Shown: positions 27,188-37,271, counted from the first letter of the stretch. The stretch is 64,000 nucleotides of DNA from Candidatus Marinacidobacterales bacterium (GCA_965224085.1 CBDCYI010000005.1:1184001-1248000); one strand, 5' to 3'. Notes: a model not told the origin generated them from the sequence alone. Program-made: numbers and translations.

Positions 27188-28489
27188 TCAGACTCCGAGT
27201 GCTGTGGCATCTTCTTTGAACTTCTCGAACCCGGCATGATCGGAAGCCCCTTTGCGGATCCGTGCGACACCTTCCTTGATGGAGTCCATATCCGTCGCGT
27301 AGGAAAGGCGCAGAAAATGCTGGCCCTCGCTCTTCAAAACGCCGAAGCTTCGCCGATCGACGAGCGCGACGCCGCTGTAATACAAGAGAAAACGCTGAAA
27401 GAGCGTCGCCGGGCTCGTCTTGCCCCGCCTTTCCTCCGAAAGACCATCGTAGTACTCGTGGACCCCGAGCTCGGCGCAAACGCCCGAAACATTAGGAAAC
27501 ACGTAGAACGCGCCAAGAGGTTTAATGCACGTTATGCCTGGGATGTCATTGAGCGCGGGCACGACGTAGTCTCTCCGCTTCTTGAACTCCGAGATCATGT
27601 GCGCAACCACTTCGACAGTCTTCGGGTTCTCGAAAGCCTCGCGTGCTGCCTCCTGCGCGAAAGGCGGCACGCAGCTGACGGTATTGATGTTGAGCTGCTT
27701 CCACAGGGCCGCTTCCTCTTCGTTTGGCAGCACCGACCAACCGAGGCGCCAACCCGTCATGGCAAAGCCTTTCGAGTGTCCACTCGCAATGATCGTGCGC
27801 TCCTTCATTCCCGGCGCCTGAGAAATCGAGAAATGCTCGAAGCCGTCAAACGTGATGTGCTCGTAGATCTCGTCGGAATAGACCCGCAAATCGGGCTGCG
27901 CCTTCGAGCGCACGACCTCGGCAACGCTTTCGAGGATCCCTCGCGAGAGAACGCCGCCTGTCGGGTTCGACGGCGAGCACAACATGAGAAGCTTTGTCTT
28001 TGCAGTGATGAGTGCTTCGAGCTCCTCCGCCGTGAAGGCAAACCCGTTCTCTTCGCGGAGAACGAGCGGCACGGGTGTGCCGCCTATATACGTCACCCAA
28101 GATTCATAAATGGGAAATCCTGGGCTCGGATAGATGACCTCGTCGCCCGGATTGACATAGCTCATCATCGCGTAGCCGATCGCAGGCTTGGCTCCGGGGA
28201 GGATGATCACTTGATCGGCGCTCACATTGAGACCGCGTGTTTTTTTGACATGGGCCGCCGTCGCTTCGCGAAGAGGCTTGATCCCGGCGGGGTCCGTATA
28301 GTGTGTATTGCCAGCGAGAATATTGTCGATGCCTACTTGGTTGATGTGGGGCGCGCTATCGAAGTCCGGCTCGCCGATGGTAAAGCGGATGACGTCCACA
28401 CCGCGCGCTTGGGCTCGCGCCACGTCATCTCCAATCTTGAACGCATTCTCCGTACCCATGGCGGCAATTCTGTCCGCGATCACACCCAT
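27188..28489 (-). CDS. PLP-dependent class I/II aminotransferase (aspartate aminotransferase-like)
   Basis: IGEPDF, SPSNPTG, SDEIY, SKGFAMTGWRLG motifs. Confidence 0.93.
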   Translation of the reverse strand: MGVIADRIAAMGTENAFKIGDDVARAQARGVDVIRFTIGEPDFDSAPHINQVGIDNILAGNTHYTDPAGIKPLREATAAHVKKTRGLNVSADQVIILPGAKPAIGYAMMSYVNPGDEVIYPSPGFPIYESWVTYIGGTPVPLVLREENGFAFTAEELEALITAKTKLLMLCSPSNPTGGVLSRGILESVAEVVRSKAQPDLRVYSDEIYEHITFDGFEHFSISQAPGMKERTIIASGHSKGFAMTGWRLGWSVLPNEEEAALWKQLNINTVSCVPPFAQEAAREAFENPKTVEVVAHMISEFKKRRDYVVPALNDIPGITCIKPLGAFYVFPNVSGVCAELGVHEYYDGLSEERRGKTSPATLFQRFLLYYSGVALVDRRSFGVLKSEGQHFLRLSYATDMDSIKEGVARIRKGASDHAGFEKFKEDATALGV

Positions 28490-28675
28490 TTCTGTTCGAG
28501 CTCCTTGTGTCCAAACGGTTGATTGTAAGGCGCGGGAAGACCCGGTGACAAGCTCAGAAAGACGTCCGAAAAGAACAAGAGAACGGGGAGTTCGAGGGAG
28601 ACGGGCAACGCCTGGTCGGCGTGCGTCGAAGTGTCTATAATGGAGTTATATTCTGGAACCATCTCGGAGGCGTTT

Positions 28676-29350
28676 ATGAGATCGACACTTCTGGTGTTGT
28701 GCCTGCTCCTGCCCACCATGGGTTTCGGGCAATCTCTCGGGGAGCTCGCCAAAAAAGAAAAAGAGCGCCGGGAAAAGAACAAAGAAGAGGGCAAGGAAGT
28801 GCTCGTGATCTCCGACGACGCACTTGCAACAAAAGACGAGACGAGTTTGGAGAACGAGACTACGTCCGCGAACGCCCGGTCCTCGTCCGGGGGTACGCCG
28901 AGCCCCGGCGCAAGGCGCTCGGAAGAAGAACGTAGGGCGATCGAAAATGATCCGGAAGAAGACGCAGTCGTCGTGCCGACGCAAATCTCTGTTGATGTCC
29001 CACTCGAAGACCGGCTTCAAACGTTCAACGTTATGAAGAAAGACTACGAGCGACAAGTCAGCGAAATCGACAAAAGTATCGCCGAGAACGACGAAAGTAT
29101 CCGTCAGCTCGATGCCCGCATTGCTGCTGCGTCGGCGCTCGGAGGCGGCGGCCTACCCGTCGCGCCCCGAACCGGTACGGGCGCGGCCACTCAGCCTATG
29201 ACAGGGCAGGACGCAGCCCATCTCATCGGGGAACAGGATCGCTTGAAAGCGACCAACGAGACGCTCCGGAAGCAGAAAGACAAGCTCAAGACGGATTTGA
29301 AGGCGAAGGGCCGCGCCGCGGGCATCCCGCCGGGATATTTGCGGTTCTAA
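28676..29350 (+). CDS. Secreted coiled-coil hypothetical protein
   Basis: TATAAT at 28636, GGAGG ribosome-binding site, signal peptide then QSLGELAKKEKERR, C-terminal GRAAGIPPGYLR. Confidence 0.8.
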   Translation: MRSTLLVLCLLLPTMGFGQSLGELAKKEKERREKNKEEGKEVLVISDDALATKDETSLENETTSANARSSSGGTPSPGARRSEEERRAIENDPEEDAVVVPTQISVDVPLEDRLQTFNVMKKDYERQVSEIDKSIAENDESIRQLDARIAAASALGGGGLPVAPRTGTGAATQPMTGQDAAHLIGEQDRLKATNETLRKQKDKLKTDLKAKGRAAGIPPGYLRF

Positions 29351-29412
29351 GCCTCAGTCAGAATCGTCTCTGCGGTTCAAAACGCTTCCAGGTTTTACCT
29401 GGCTGGCGTTAG

Positions 29413-31102
29413 CTAGTTCCTGTCCAGAAACACCATAACTTGTGGTGTACGAGAGGCCTATCGAAGATGTGGGTATTATACGTTTTCAGTCGGCACCTCG
29501 TAGGCTCGGAAGCGAATGAAAATCTTGGACGAAACGAGAGGCGAATCGTCAGCAATCCATGGCTATAAACGCAGTAAGAGCAATCATTATTATCGTAATA
29601 GGTGCCTTGCCATTACCAACAGGTTGCAGGTGATGATGGAACTCCATACGTAGGATTTGAAAGAAGGCAATGAGCGCCATGTGCATCGGTCGAGACCAAA
29701 GACTCGTTTCAAGAACGAAATGACGCCTTCGATTCCGCAGCGAAATCGCCGTAGGCGTTGATAGACCCAGGAACTCTTGACCATATCGGTCACCGCGAAG
29801 TGAGCCTTGGTAAAGGCAACATCTTCAACTCCCTTGCCTTTGATGGCTTCCAAGTTTGCCTTTGAAGAAAACGCGCCATCGTAGGCAACCTGGCGCGGGG
29901 CCCGTTCGTAGAGTTCGACTTGACGGTCGATCATGGTTTCCGCGAGAGTTGAATCGGACGGATTCCCATCCAAGATCACGCAATCCAAAATCATCGAGGA
30001 CGAGCCACCAGTCAAACACACCTTGTGACCGTAGAGAGTCTCGCGCCGGTCTTTGCGAATAATGTCGGTGTGTTCTTCGAAGATCGAAACGACCTTTTCC
30101 TCCGCAGGCACACGCTCTTCATCAATCACTCTACGCCGAGTTTGGTTGATGACTTTTTCGGTGAGGACGAGAAAGTGCTTAAAATCCGCGGCGATCTTCT
30201 CCGCACTCGCTCGCTTCACCGGCTCGGTCAAGCCGGACTCGTCCAACTGGTCTGCAACGCGTTGAGCGGAGCGATAGGTTTCTTCCGACACCTTCAGTAG
30301 ATCTCGATAGACGCGACGCCTTTGTTCCTTATCCTTCGCGTTTAGAACTCCCAGTCGACGTCTCTTCGCTCGACGCGTTCGATTGCCGAAGACCACTACT
30401 GTACCCAGCAGTTCGCGAGTTCGGCACATGAGGCGAGTGAGAACTCGGACGCAGTCATAAAGAAGCTCGGAGTCCGTAGGAGAATGAATATTCGACTCCA
30501 CTACCGTGCAGTCCACTCGTACTTTTCTTCCTTTTTCGATCGCGGTCTTCTCGGCAACACTCACCAACTCTCGGTTGATTTTCTCCAGCGTTTCGAACTT
30601 CACGGCTTTGATGTTTGCTGCTAGGGTCGACTTCGACGGGCTCGGCTCTATGATGCCGAGCTGGCAAAACGTCCGATAGCTTCGAGAGTCTGCCAAGTGA
30701 AACGCCAGCTCCCGATAGGTGAACTGATTCAGCTGCTTGACCAACAACGCCCGGAGAACCTGCTCCGCGCTCATTCCCCCACGACCAACATCGCTCCCTG
30801 CCGATGGGGTGACCGACCTCAGGTCTTGCAGTACCAGCTCATTGAGCTTAGGATGGGCATCGAGCAGCGATGATATCGTTTCGAGCTCGCGTGCGTGCTC
30901 CAGCTCCAGCCAGGGCTCGCGAAGGCTTGGTTGTGGGTTGATCGTTTTTCGCATTTAGGGCTGGTCTCCTTTGGAGTTAAGTCGTTTAGAATCTGCGTTT
31001 TTGTCGACTCGATACTAAACGACACTCCCTCAGAAGGCTAGCCCTAAATTTGCGATTACCCCTTTTTTCTCAACCTCTTACACCTGTCAGGACGGGTACT
31101 AG
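29413..31102 (-). mobile_element. ISNCY/IS5-like insertion sequence, complete, with duplicated CTAG target
   Basis: Ends CTAGTTCCTGTCCAGAAA and (reverse complement) CTAGTACCCGTCCTGACA. Lower GC than the flanks; single transposase. Confidence 0.9.
29590..30954 (-). CDS. ISNCY-family DDE transposase
   Basis: GRGGMSAEQVLR, YRELAFHLADS, RVDCTVVESNIHSPTDS, KVVSIFEEHTDII, FRCGIEGVISFLKR. Confidence 0.9.
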   Translation of the reverse strand: MRKTINPQPSLREPWLELEHARELETISSLLDAHPKLNELVLQDLRSVTPSAGSDVGRGGMSAEQVLRALLVKQLNQFTYRELAFHLADSRSYRTFCQLGIIEPSPSKSTLAANIKAVKFETLEKINRELVSVAEKTAIEKGRKVRVDCTVVESNIHSPTDSELLYDCVRVLTRLMCRTRELLGTVVVFGNRTRRAKRRRLGVLNAKDKEQRRRVYRDLLKVSEETYRSAQRVADQLDESGLTEPVKRASAEKIAADFKHFLVLTEKVINQTRRRVIDEERVPAEEKVVSIFEEHTDIIRKDRRETLYGHKVCLTGGSSSMILDCVILDGNPSDSTLAETMIDRQVELYERAPRQVAYDGAFSSKANLEAIKGKGVEDVAFTKAHFAVTDMVKSSWVYQRLRRFRCGIEGVISFLKRVFGLDRCTWRSLPSFKSYVWSSIITCNLLVMARHLLR

Positions 31103-31110
31103 CTATTCTC

Positions 31111-32034
31111 TTATTCCAAGAGAAGCAAGAGTCTCTCACCTGTGCCCGCATCGGCAAGCGTCACGCTCTCGCGCGCGTCGATGCGCTCCACGACGTAGCC
31201 GCCGATGTGGTCGCCCACCCGGACGAGCCGCACGGTGCCCTCATAGCGCAGCGCCGCCAGCACCCGCCGCCGCACGTCGGACTCGAGCTCGGGCCGCACG
31301 AGCACGAATCCCGTGAGCTCGGGGCTCGGTGGCGCCTCCTGAACGTGGCCCTCGGTTTTGGGAAGCTCGGGGGGCGCGGCTTCTAGCTCGGGCGCAGTCT
31401 CGGGAGGCGCGGATTCTAGCTCGGGCGCGATGTTTCCGAACGCGAAAAGATCGCGTGCGAGAGCAAGAGGCGGCGGGCGCTCGATCCATGCGGCAAGGCT
31501 TTCGACCTCGGCGGGGCCCAGAGCTATAGGAGCCGACTCCACGTCGCGCGGCCACAACGCTGACCACTGGATCGCGAGCGTGATCGTGGAGCCGGCGCTT
31601 CGAAGTGAGAACGTGTCCGTCGATAGCGGCAACTGCATCGCTTCAACGCGCGAGAGATAGCCGAAGAGCCCGCCGAGCGAGCCCTGGTAGCTGGCATTGA
31701 TGCGGTTGCCGTCGAAACCGGCTGGAAGCCTGGCAGCGGATCGAAAATCAAGCGCGCGCCGCTCGACGGCTAGACCGCGCTCGGCCTCGATCAGAACAAC
31801 GCGAAGAGGTGCTATGCCGAGAGGCTCTGCCTGAGTCTTGTCGTGCGCCAGTGCTTTGAGCTTCTCGAAGCGTTGCCGCTCGCTCGACGAGGCGCGCTCT
31901 CTCTCCACCTGATTCGAACTTGCGGCGAACTGATTGGAGAGCTCGACTTGCTCCCGGGCGACGGAACGGCTTTCGACCCAAAGCGCGCCGTTGACGACGA
32001 CGAGGGCGAGCCAGGCAACCACCGTGGGCTTCAT
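31111..32034 (-). CDS. PilO/GspM-like protein with C-terminal PilP/GspC-like beta domain
   Basis: N-terminal TM helix and coiled coil, YQGSLGGLFGYLSRVE, then RDLFAF, Pro-rich linker and VRVGDHIGGYVVERID. Confidence 0.6.
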   Translation of the reverse strand: MKPTVVAWLALVVVNGALWVESRSVAREQVELSNQFAASSNQVERERASSSERQRFEKLKALAHDKTQAEPLGIAPLRVVLIEAERGLAVERRALDFRSAARLPAGFDGNRINASYQGSLGGLFGYLSRVEAMQLPLSTDTFSLRSAGSTITLAIQWSALWPRDVESAPIALGPAEVESLAAWIERPPPLALARDLFAFGNIAPELESAPPETAPELEAAPPELPKTEGHVQEAPPSPELTGFVLVRPELESDVRRRVLAALRYEGTVRLVRVGDHIGGYVVERIDARESVTLADAGTGERLLLLLE

Positions 32035-32558
32035 GGCCGCCCTCCTATCAAGTCCACCTGCAGGCGGATCGTCAGCAAGCCGTCCGGAGCTCGCCGCTCT
32101 TCGAGAAGTTGCGTCGCAGCCACCCGTGGCGAGCTCGCAACGTTTTTTTGAAGCTCCGTCACGTCTGCGGCGCGCTCGGCCCGAGCTTCGATCGTCAAGC
32201 TTGCGCGCGGCGGGATGGGATCGATGCTGACGTCCACGAGAGCCACACGGTCCGGTAATGTCCGTTCGAGGAGCTTCAGTAGCTCCGTCGCAGGGATCGC
32301 TTCCGCGACGCCGGATTCAAAGACGGCGCGAAGCTGCCACAAGACAGCGCGGCTTTCATGAAGTGAATCCGAAGACAGCGCCCTCGAAAGCTCTCCCTCC
32401 ACTGCGGCCAGCTCACCGCCGAGCGCCGCGAGCTCTCGGCGCTCGCGATAGCGCTCGATGCCGTGGAAGAGCGTGAGTACGGCGGCGAAGACCAGGAGCA
32501 GGGCTCCCGCTTGACCCCAACTGCTTTTTCGCGGCCCGAGATGGATCCCAGCGTTCAT
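32031..32558 (-). CDS. PilN-domain protein
   Basis: TM helix and coiled coil, LLKLLERTLPDRVALVDV motif; ATGA-coupled to both neighbours. Confidence 0.7.
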   Translation of the reverse strand: MNAGIHLGPRKSSWGQAGALLLVFAAVLTLFHGIERYRERRELAALGGELAAVEGELSRALSSDSLHESRAVLWQLRAVFESGVAEAIPATELLKLLERTLPDRVALVDVSIDPIPPRASLTIEARAERAADVTELQKNVASSPRVAATQLLEERRAPDGLLTIRLQVDLIGGRP

Positions 32559-33388
32559 GGCCGCGGACGCTCCAGCAAAGTCGTGACGGCCGAGGCCAGC
32601 AAACGATCCTCGCCGTCATCTTCGACATGAACGCGTCCGAGCTCGGGGATCTCTTCGAGGACGGTCGCGAGTGCGGCCGCACCTTGTCCGAGCACGGTGA
32701 TGGAGCACGAGGCAACGCCGTGAAGGGCCGGCAAGCGCGTCACTTCTCGCTGCACGCCGTCCAATATGCCCGCCGGCCGGAGCTTGACGCGTAAATCGAC
32801 GAGCGCCCCCTCGACGAAGACCGACAGACAGTAGTGGTTCTCGTAGAGCTGAAGCTGAACGTGGAGCCCACTCCCACCGGACGGTCGCGCCCATACGGGG
32901 ATTCTCGCCAAGCTGGCGCCATCAACCCATCCGAGGCGGCTGTCGGTGGCCTCTACGACCTGCTCGTATTGGCCGGCCACCGCCTCCCGGACCGCGGCGC
33001 CGAGCACCTCGCCACCGCGCCCTCGCCAGAAATCGAAGCGGGCCTCTCGACTCGGAAACGCCAGTTTCGCACCCATCTCGCCCTTGAGCTCTTTCTCCGA
33101 CGCCCCCCGGCGCGAGGGGTACAGCGCCGTCACGATCGAACGATCGGGCAACAGAACCACGACGCCTTCGCGGTGGGCTTCGAGCTCTCCGAGAGCGTCT
33201 TCGGTGAGCTGGGCGAGCTCCGAGACGGAGCGGATGTTGGGGGAAACCGAGGAGGGCGCTACGAGCCCTACAGGAAGCTCTCGCATGGCAATCTGTAGGG
33301 GCCGTTCACTGCGAACGGCGAGGACGAAACGTTCCGAAAAGGCGAGGCCAATACGTGCCCGCCGGAAAGGCCAGAAAGAGCTCGACAT
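32555..33388 (-). CDS. PilM/GspL-like cytoplasmic protein
   Basis: LPVGLVAPS..PNI, VVLLPD, LAFPSREARFDF, AVAGQYEQVVE; first gene of an M-N-O-like triplet. Confidence 0.65.
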   Translation of the reverse strand: MSSSFWPFRRARIGLAFSERFVLAVRSERPLQIAMRELPVGLVAPSSVSPNIRSVSELAQLTEDALGELEAHREGVVVLLPDRSIVTALYPSRRGASEKELKGEMGAKLAFPSREARFDFWRGRGGEVLGAAVREAVAGQYEQVVEATDSRLGWVDGASLARIPVWARPSGGSGLHVQLQLYENHYCLSVFVEGALVDLRVKLRPAGILDGVQREVTRLPALHGVASCSITVLGQGAAALATVLEEIPELGRVHVEDDGEDRLLASAVTTLLERPRP

Positions 33389-33469
33389 AACTGCTCGCGC
33401 CGGATCCGAGCCGCCGGCCCGTCCGCGCAGACCCAATTATAGTTTGATATGGCTTGCCGCGAGGGGCCG

Positions 33470-33478
33470 ATGGTATAA
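33470..33478 (+). promoter_or_regulatory. Extended -10 promoter element for the EF-G2 gene
   Basis: TGgTATAAT about 115 nt upstream of ATG 33595. Confidence 0.5.
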
Positions 33479-33594
33479 TCCGCGGCTCAGGAGTCCGAGG
33501 GGGAATCCGATCAGCGTTTCGATCAAGACCGGCCCGAGTCCGGATCGAGCGCCTGGTGGGGCCGGCCCTACCTCTTACATCCGACGGAGGCCCG

Positions 33595-35673
33595 ATGAAG
33601 ATCTATGATACTGCCGGTATCCGCAACGTTGCCATCGTGGGGCACGGTGGCTCTGGAAAGACTTCGCTGACGTCGGCGATGCTGTTCGATGCTGGCGCTG
33701 TCAACCGTCTTGGCAAGGTCGAAGACGGTAATACCGTGACCGATTTCGACGCGGATGAGATCGCCCGCCAAATCAGCCTATCCACGTCGCTCGCCCATTG
33801 CGAGTGGAACAAAACGAAACTCAATATTCTCGATACTCCTGGATATGGCAACTTCATCCAGGAGGCGCGCTTGGCAGTCCAAGTAGCGGACACGATGCTC
33901 ACCAACATCTGCGGCGTGGCCGGGGTCGAAGTGCAAGCGGAAAAGGTCTGGCAGTTCGCGGATGAGTTTGGGCCCGCGCGTATGATCGTCATCAACCGCC
34001 TCGACCGCGATCGTTCCAGTTTTTCTCGGTCGTTCGAATCGGTCAAAGAAACGTTTGGCCGACAGGCCGTTCCTGTCCAGCTCCCGGTGGGGGAAGAAAG
34101 CGCCTTCAAAGGCGTCGTCGATCTCGTGCGGATGCGCGCCTATATTTACGAAAACAACGAGAAAGGCTCGTTCGAAGAACAGGATGTCCCCGCGGAGATG
34201 AAAGACGAAGTCGAGGCCGCGCATGGCGCGCTCGTGGAGATGGTGGCCGAGGGCGACGATGGCTTGATGGAAAAATATTTCGACCAGGGCGAGTTGAGCG
34301 CGGAAGAGCTCCTTTCGGGTTTGAGACAAGCGATTCTCGCGGGCAATGTATACCCGGTCTTTGCGTGTGCCGGCGCCAAGAACATTGCGGTGCAACCTCT
34401 CATGAACGCACTCACCGAGCTCGGCCCGGCGCCGGACGCACGCGGTGAGACCGCCGCGCTCGACGCCGATGGCAACGAAATCACGCGCAAAGTCTCGAGC
34501 GAAGAGCCGGCAAGCGCCCTTATTTTCAAGACCATTGCCGACCCGTTCGCGGGGCGCATCAGTTTGTTCAGGGTCATGAGCGGCGTCCTCAAACCGGATT
34601 CCTCGTATCAGAACACGGCGTCCGGCTCGGCCGAGCGCGTGGGAAGCTTGGGGCTTCTACAAGGGAAGGACTCTGTTCCTGTCGATGAGATTCGAGCCGG
34701 GGACCTCGGCTCGGTCGCCAAGCTCAAGGACAGCCATACTGGCGACAGTCTGGCTGACAAGTCCGCGCCCGTGATCTTCAAGAAGGTCGTGTTTCCCGAG
34801 CCTGTGATCAGCTTCGCCATCGAGCCAAAGTCTCGGGGGGACGAAGAAAAGATCAACCAGGCCCTCCAGCGCATGGGCGAAGAAGATAACATGCTGCGTT
34901 TCCGCCGGGACGGTGAGCTCATTCTCTCCGGCACGGGCCAGCTCCATATCGAGGTGGTCGTCGCGCGCCTCAAAGAGAAATTCGGCGTCGAAGTCGAGCT
35001 TCATCCGCCGAAAGTCCCGTATCGCGAGACCATCAAAGGGACGGCCGAGGCGCATGCGCGGCACAAGAAACAAACAGGCGGCCACGGCCAGTTCGCCGAT
35101 TGCCACGTGCGCTTCGAGCCCCTCGAATCAGGCGCCGACTTCCAGTTCGGCAACGAAGTCTTTGGAGGCTCCATCCCCAGGCAGTTCATCCCCGCAGTAG
35201 AAAAAGGCATTCAACAAGCGCGGCTCAAGGGCTTTCTCGCTGGCTTTCCGATGGTCGACTTCAAGGCCACGGTTTTCGATGGAAAACACCACGCGGTGGA
35301 CTCGTCCGAAATGGCGTTCAAGATCGCCGGCTCGATGGCGTTCAAAGAAGCGATGGTGAAATGCAAGCCCACACTTCTCGAGCCCATCATGGATGTGGAA
35401 ATCACTGTCCCGGAGGAGAGTACCGGAGATGTGATGGGCGACCTCAACTCACGCCGCGGGCGGACTCAGGGGATGGACACGAAAGGCAACGCCACTTCCA
35501 TCAAGGCGCAGGTACCCATGGCGGAGATGTTGAGCTACGAGCCCGCTTTGACGTCGATGACAGGCGGGCGAGGCACCTTCCACATGGAGTTCTCTCACTA
35601 CGAGGAAGTGCCCGCGCACCAGATTCAGAAGATCGTGGCGGAACGCAAGGCGGAGCAAGAAGCCAAAGCGTAG
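33595..35673 (+). CDS. Elongation factor G-like paralog (EF-G2)
   Basis: GHGGSGKT, DTPG, NRLD; switch I reads RQISL instead of RGITI; KKQTGGHGQF. GGAGG site before ATG 33595. Confidence 0.93.
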   Translation: MKIYDTAGIRNVAIVGHGGSGKTSLTSAMLFDAGAVNRLGKVEDGNTVTDFDADEIARQISLSTSLAHCEWNKTKLNILDTPGYGNFIQEARLAVQVADTMLTNICGVAGVEVQAEKVWQFADEFGPARMIVINRLDRDRSSFSRSFESVKETFGRQAVPVQLPVGEESAFKGVVDLVRMRAYIYENNEKGSFEEQDVPAEMKDEVEAAHGALVEMVAEGDDGLMEKYFDQGELSAEELLSGLRQAILAGNVYPVFACAGAKNIAVQPLMNALTELGPAPDARGETAALDADGNEITRKVSSEEPASALIFKTIADPFAGRISLFRVMSGVLKPDSSYQNTASGSAERVGSLGLLQGKDSVPVDEIRAGDLGSVAKLKDSHTGDSLADKSAPVIFKKVVFPEPVISFAIEPKSRGDEEKINQALQRMGEEDNMLRFRRDGELILSGTGQLHIEVVVARLKEKFGVEVELHPPKVPYRETIKGTAEAHARHKKQTGGHGQFADCHVRFEPLESGADFQFGNEVFGGSIPRQFIPAVEKGIQQARLKGFLAGFPMVDFKATVFDGKHHAVDSSEMAFKIAGSMAFKEAMVKCKPTLLEPIMDVEITVPEESTGDVMGDLNSRRGRTQGMDTKGNATSIKAQVPMAEMLSYEPALTSMTGGRGTFHMEFSHYEEVPAHQIQKIVAERKAEQEAKA

Positions 35674-35710
35674 TGCCTGACTGGATCTTTTCCTTGTTGT
35701 TGAAGCGAGT

Positions 35711-36220
35711 TTACTTGGAATCCTTCTCGTCGTCGTCTTCGTCGTTGGCGTCGTCCTCTTCGGCTTCGGCCGACGCCTCGACTTCCTCAGGCTCGTCCTT
35801 GGCCTTCGACTTTTTTTTCTTCACTTCGGGTGGAGCCGCTGGTGCTCCATCCGCGCCCTTGAAGACGAAGTCCACGAACTCGATGAACGCCATCGGCGCA
35901 CCGTCGCCGCTACGCGGGCCGAGCTTCAAGATGCGGGTATAGCCGCCCGGGCGCTCGGAAAAGCGCGGCGAGATCTCACCGAAGAGTCGACGCACAACGT
36001 CCTTCTGAGGAAGGATGGATAACGCTCGGCGGCGGGCATGGAGCGAATCCCTCTTTCCGAGCGTCACGAGTTTTTCCACGAAAGGCCGCAGCTCCTTCGC
36101 TTTGGCTTCCGTCGTGCGAAGGCGCTCGTGTTTGATTAGGGATGCCGCCAGGTTGCGCAGCAAGCTCAGCCGATGCTCGGAAGTGCGGCCGAGCTTGCGA
36201 TGAGCGACGCGATGTCTCAT
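35711..36220 (-). CDS. rplQ: 50S ribosomal protein L17 with acidic C-terminal tail
   Basis: [27 protein letters not shown]. Confidence 0.97.
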   Translation of the reverse strand: MRHRVAHRKLGRTSEHRLSLLRNLAASLIKHERLRTTEAKAKELRPFVEKLVTLGKRDSLHARRRALSILPQKDVVRRLFGEISPRFSERPGGYTRILKLGPRSGDGAPMAFIEFVDFVFKGADGAPAAPPEVKKKKSKAKDEPEEVEASAEAEEDDANDEDDDEKDSK

Positions 36221-37176
36221 GACTCGATTCTCATCCCCAGCGAAAGCCCCATCGTTCCAAGAATCTCTTTGATCTCATTGAGGGACTTGCGCCCGAAATT
36301 CTTGGTCTTCAGCATTTCTGCTTCCGACTTGGTCACGAGCTCGCCGATCGTCTTGATATCCGCGTTTTTCAAGCAGTTATACGAGCGGACGGACAGCTCG
36401 AGCTCGTCGACGCTGCGGTTCAGATGTTCCACTATCGCGTCGCGCTCGGTCTCGGTCACGGTCTCGTCCACCGCAATCTCCTCTTCGAAATTGACGAAGA
36501 TGGTCAGGTGGTCCTTGATGAGCTTCGATGCGAGGCCGACCGCGTCCTGCGGCGTCACACAGCCATTCGTCCAGACATCCAAGGTCAACTTGTCGTAGTC
36601 GGTAGCTTGCCCCACGCGGGCGGCCTCGACGACGTAGTTCACCTTCTTGATGGGCGAATGGACGGAGTCGAGCGGGATATAGCCGATCGAAAGGTCCTCT
36701 TCGAAGTTCTTGTCGGCCGAAACATAGCCCCTGCCGTCGTTGAGACGGATCTCGATGCCGAGCTTCCCCGACGCGGACAAGTTGGCGAGCGGGATGTCCG
36801 GATCGAGAACTTCGACATCTGACGGAAGATCGATATCGCCCGACTTCACGACGCCTTCGCCCTGGGCATGAAGAGTGACCGTCTTCGGCCCGGGCGTGCG
36901 CAGCTTGAAAGGGATGCGTTTCAAGTTCAATATGATCTCGGTTGAGTCCTCGAGCGCTCCCGGAATTGGGGAGAACTCGTGGAGCACGCCATCGATCTTC
37001 ACGGCGGTGATGGCCGTGCCTTCGATGGACGACAGGAGCACGCGCCTGAGTGCGTTTCCGATCGTGGTTCCGAAACCACGTTCGAAGGGCTGCGCGTAGA
37101 ACCGGCCGAATGTTTGGGTCAAGGTAGAATGGTCCACCTCGAGCCGCTTGGGCTTTTGAAATCCTGTCCAGAGCAT
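36217..37176 (-). CDS. rpoA: RNA polymerase alpha subunit
   Basis: [38 protein letters not shown]. True start MLWTGFQKP follows an AGAGGAGG site. Confidence 0.97.
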   Translation of the reverse strand: MLWTGFQKPKRLEVDHSTLTQTFGRFYAQPFERGFGTTIGNALRRVLLSSIEGTAITAVKIDGVLHEFSPIPGALEDSTEIILNLKRIPFKLRTPGPKTVTLHAQGEGVVKSGDIDLPSDVEVLDPDIPLANLSASGKLGIEIRLNDGRGYVSADKNFEEDLSIGYIPLDSVHSPIKKVNYVVEAARVGQATDYDKLTLDVWTNGCVTPQDAVGLASKLIKDHLTIFVNFEEEIAVDETVTETERDAIVEHLNRSVDELELSVRSYNCLKNADIKTIGELVTKSEAEMLKTKNFGRKSLNEIKEILGTMGLSLGMRIES

Positions 37177-37197
37177 ACGTTCGAAAGACCTCCTCTG

Positions 37198-37269
37198 GTC
37201 GCGTCCCGCGGCAAGCGCGGGACCTGCTGTAGTCGCGTCCCGCGGCAAGCGCGGGACCTGCTGTAGTCG
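37198..37269. repeat. Perfect 34-bp tandem duplication containing a REP-like hairpin
   Basis: GTCGCGTCCCGCGGCAAGCGCGGGACCTGCTGTA twice plus GTCG; each unit holds GTCCCGCG-GCAAG-CGCGGGAC. Confidence 0.9.
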
Positions 37270-37271
37270 AC

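Noticed and set aside
37198-37269. Possible mini CRISPR array
   Set aside because: The units are directly adjacent with no spacer, and no cas genes are in the window.
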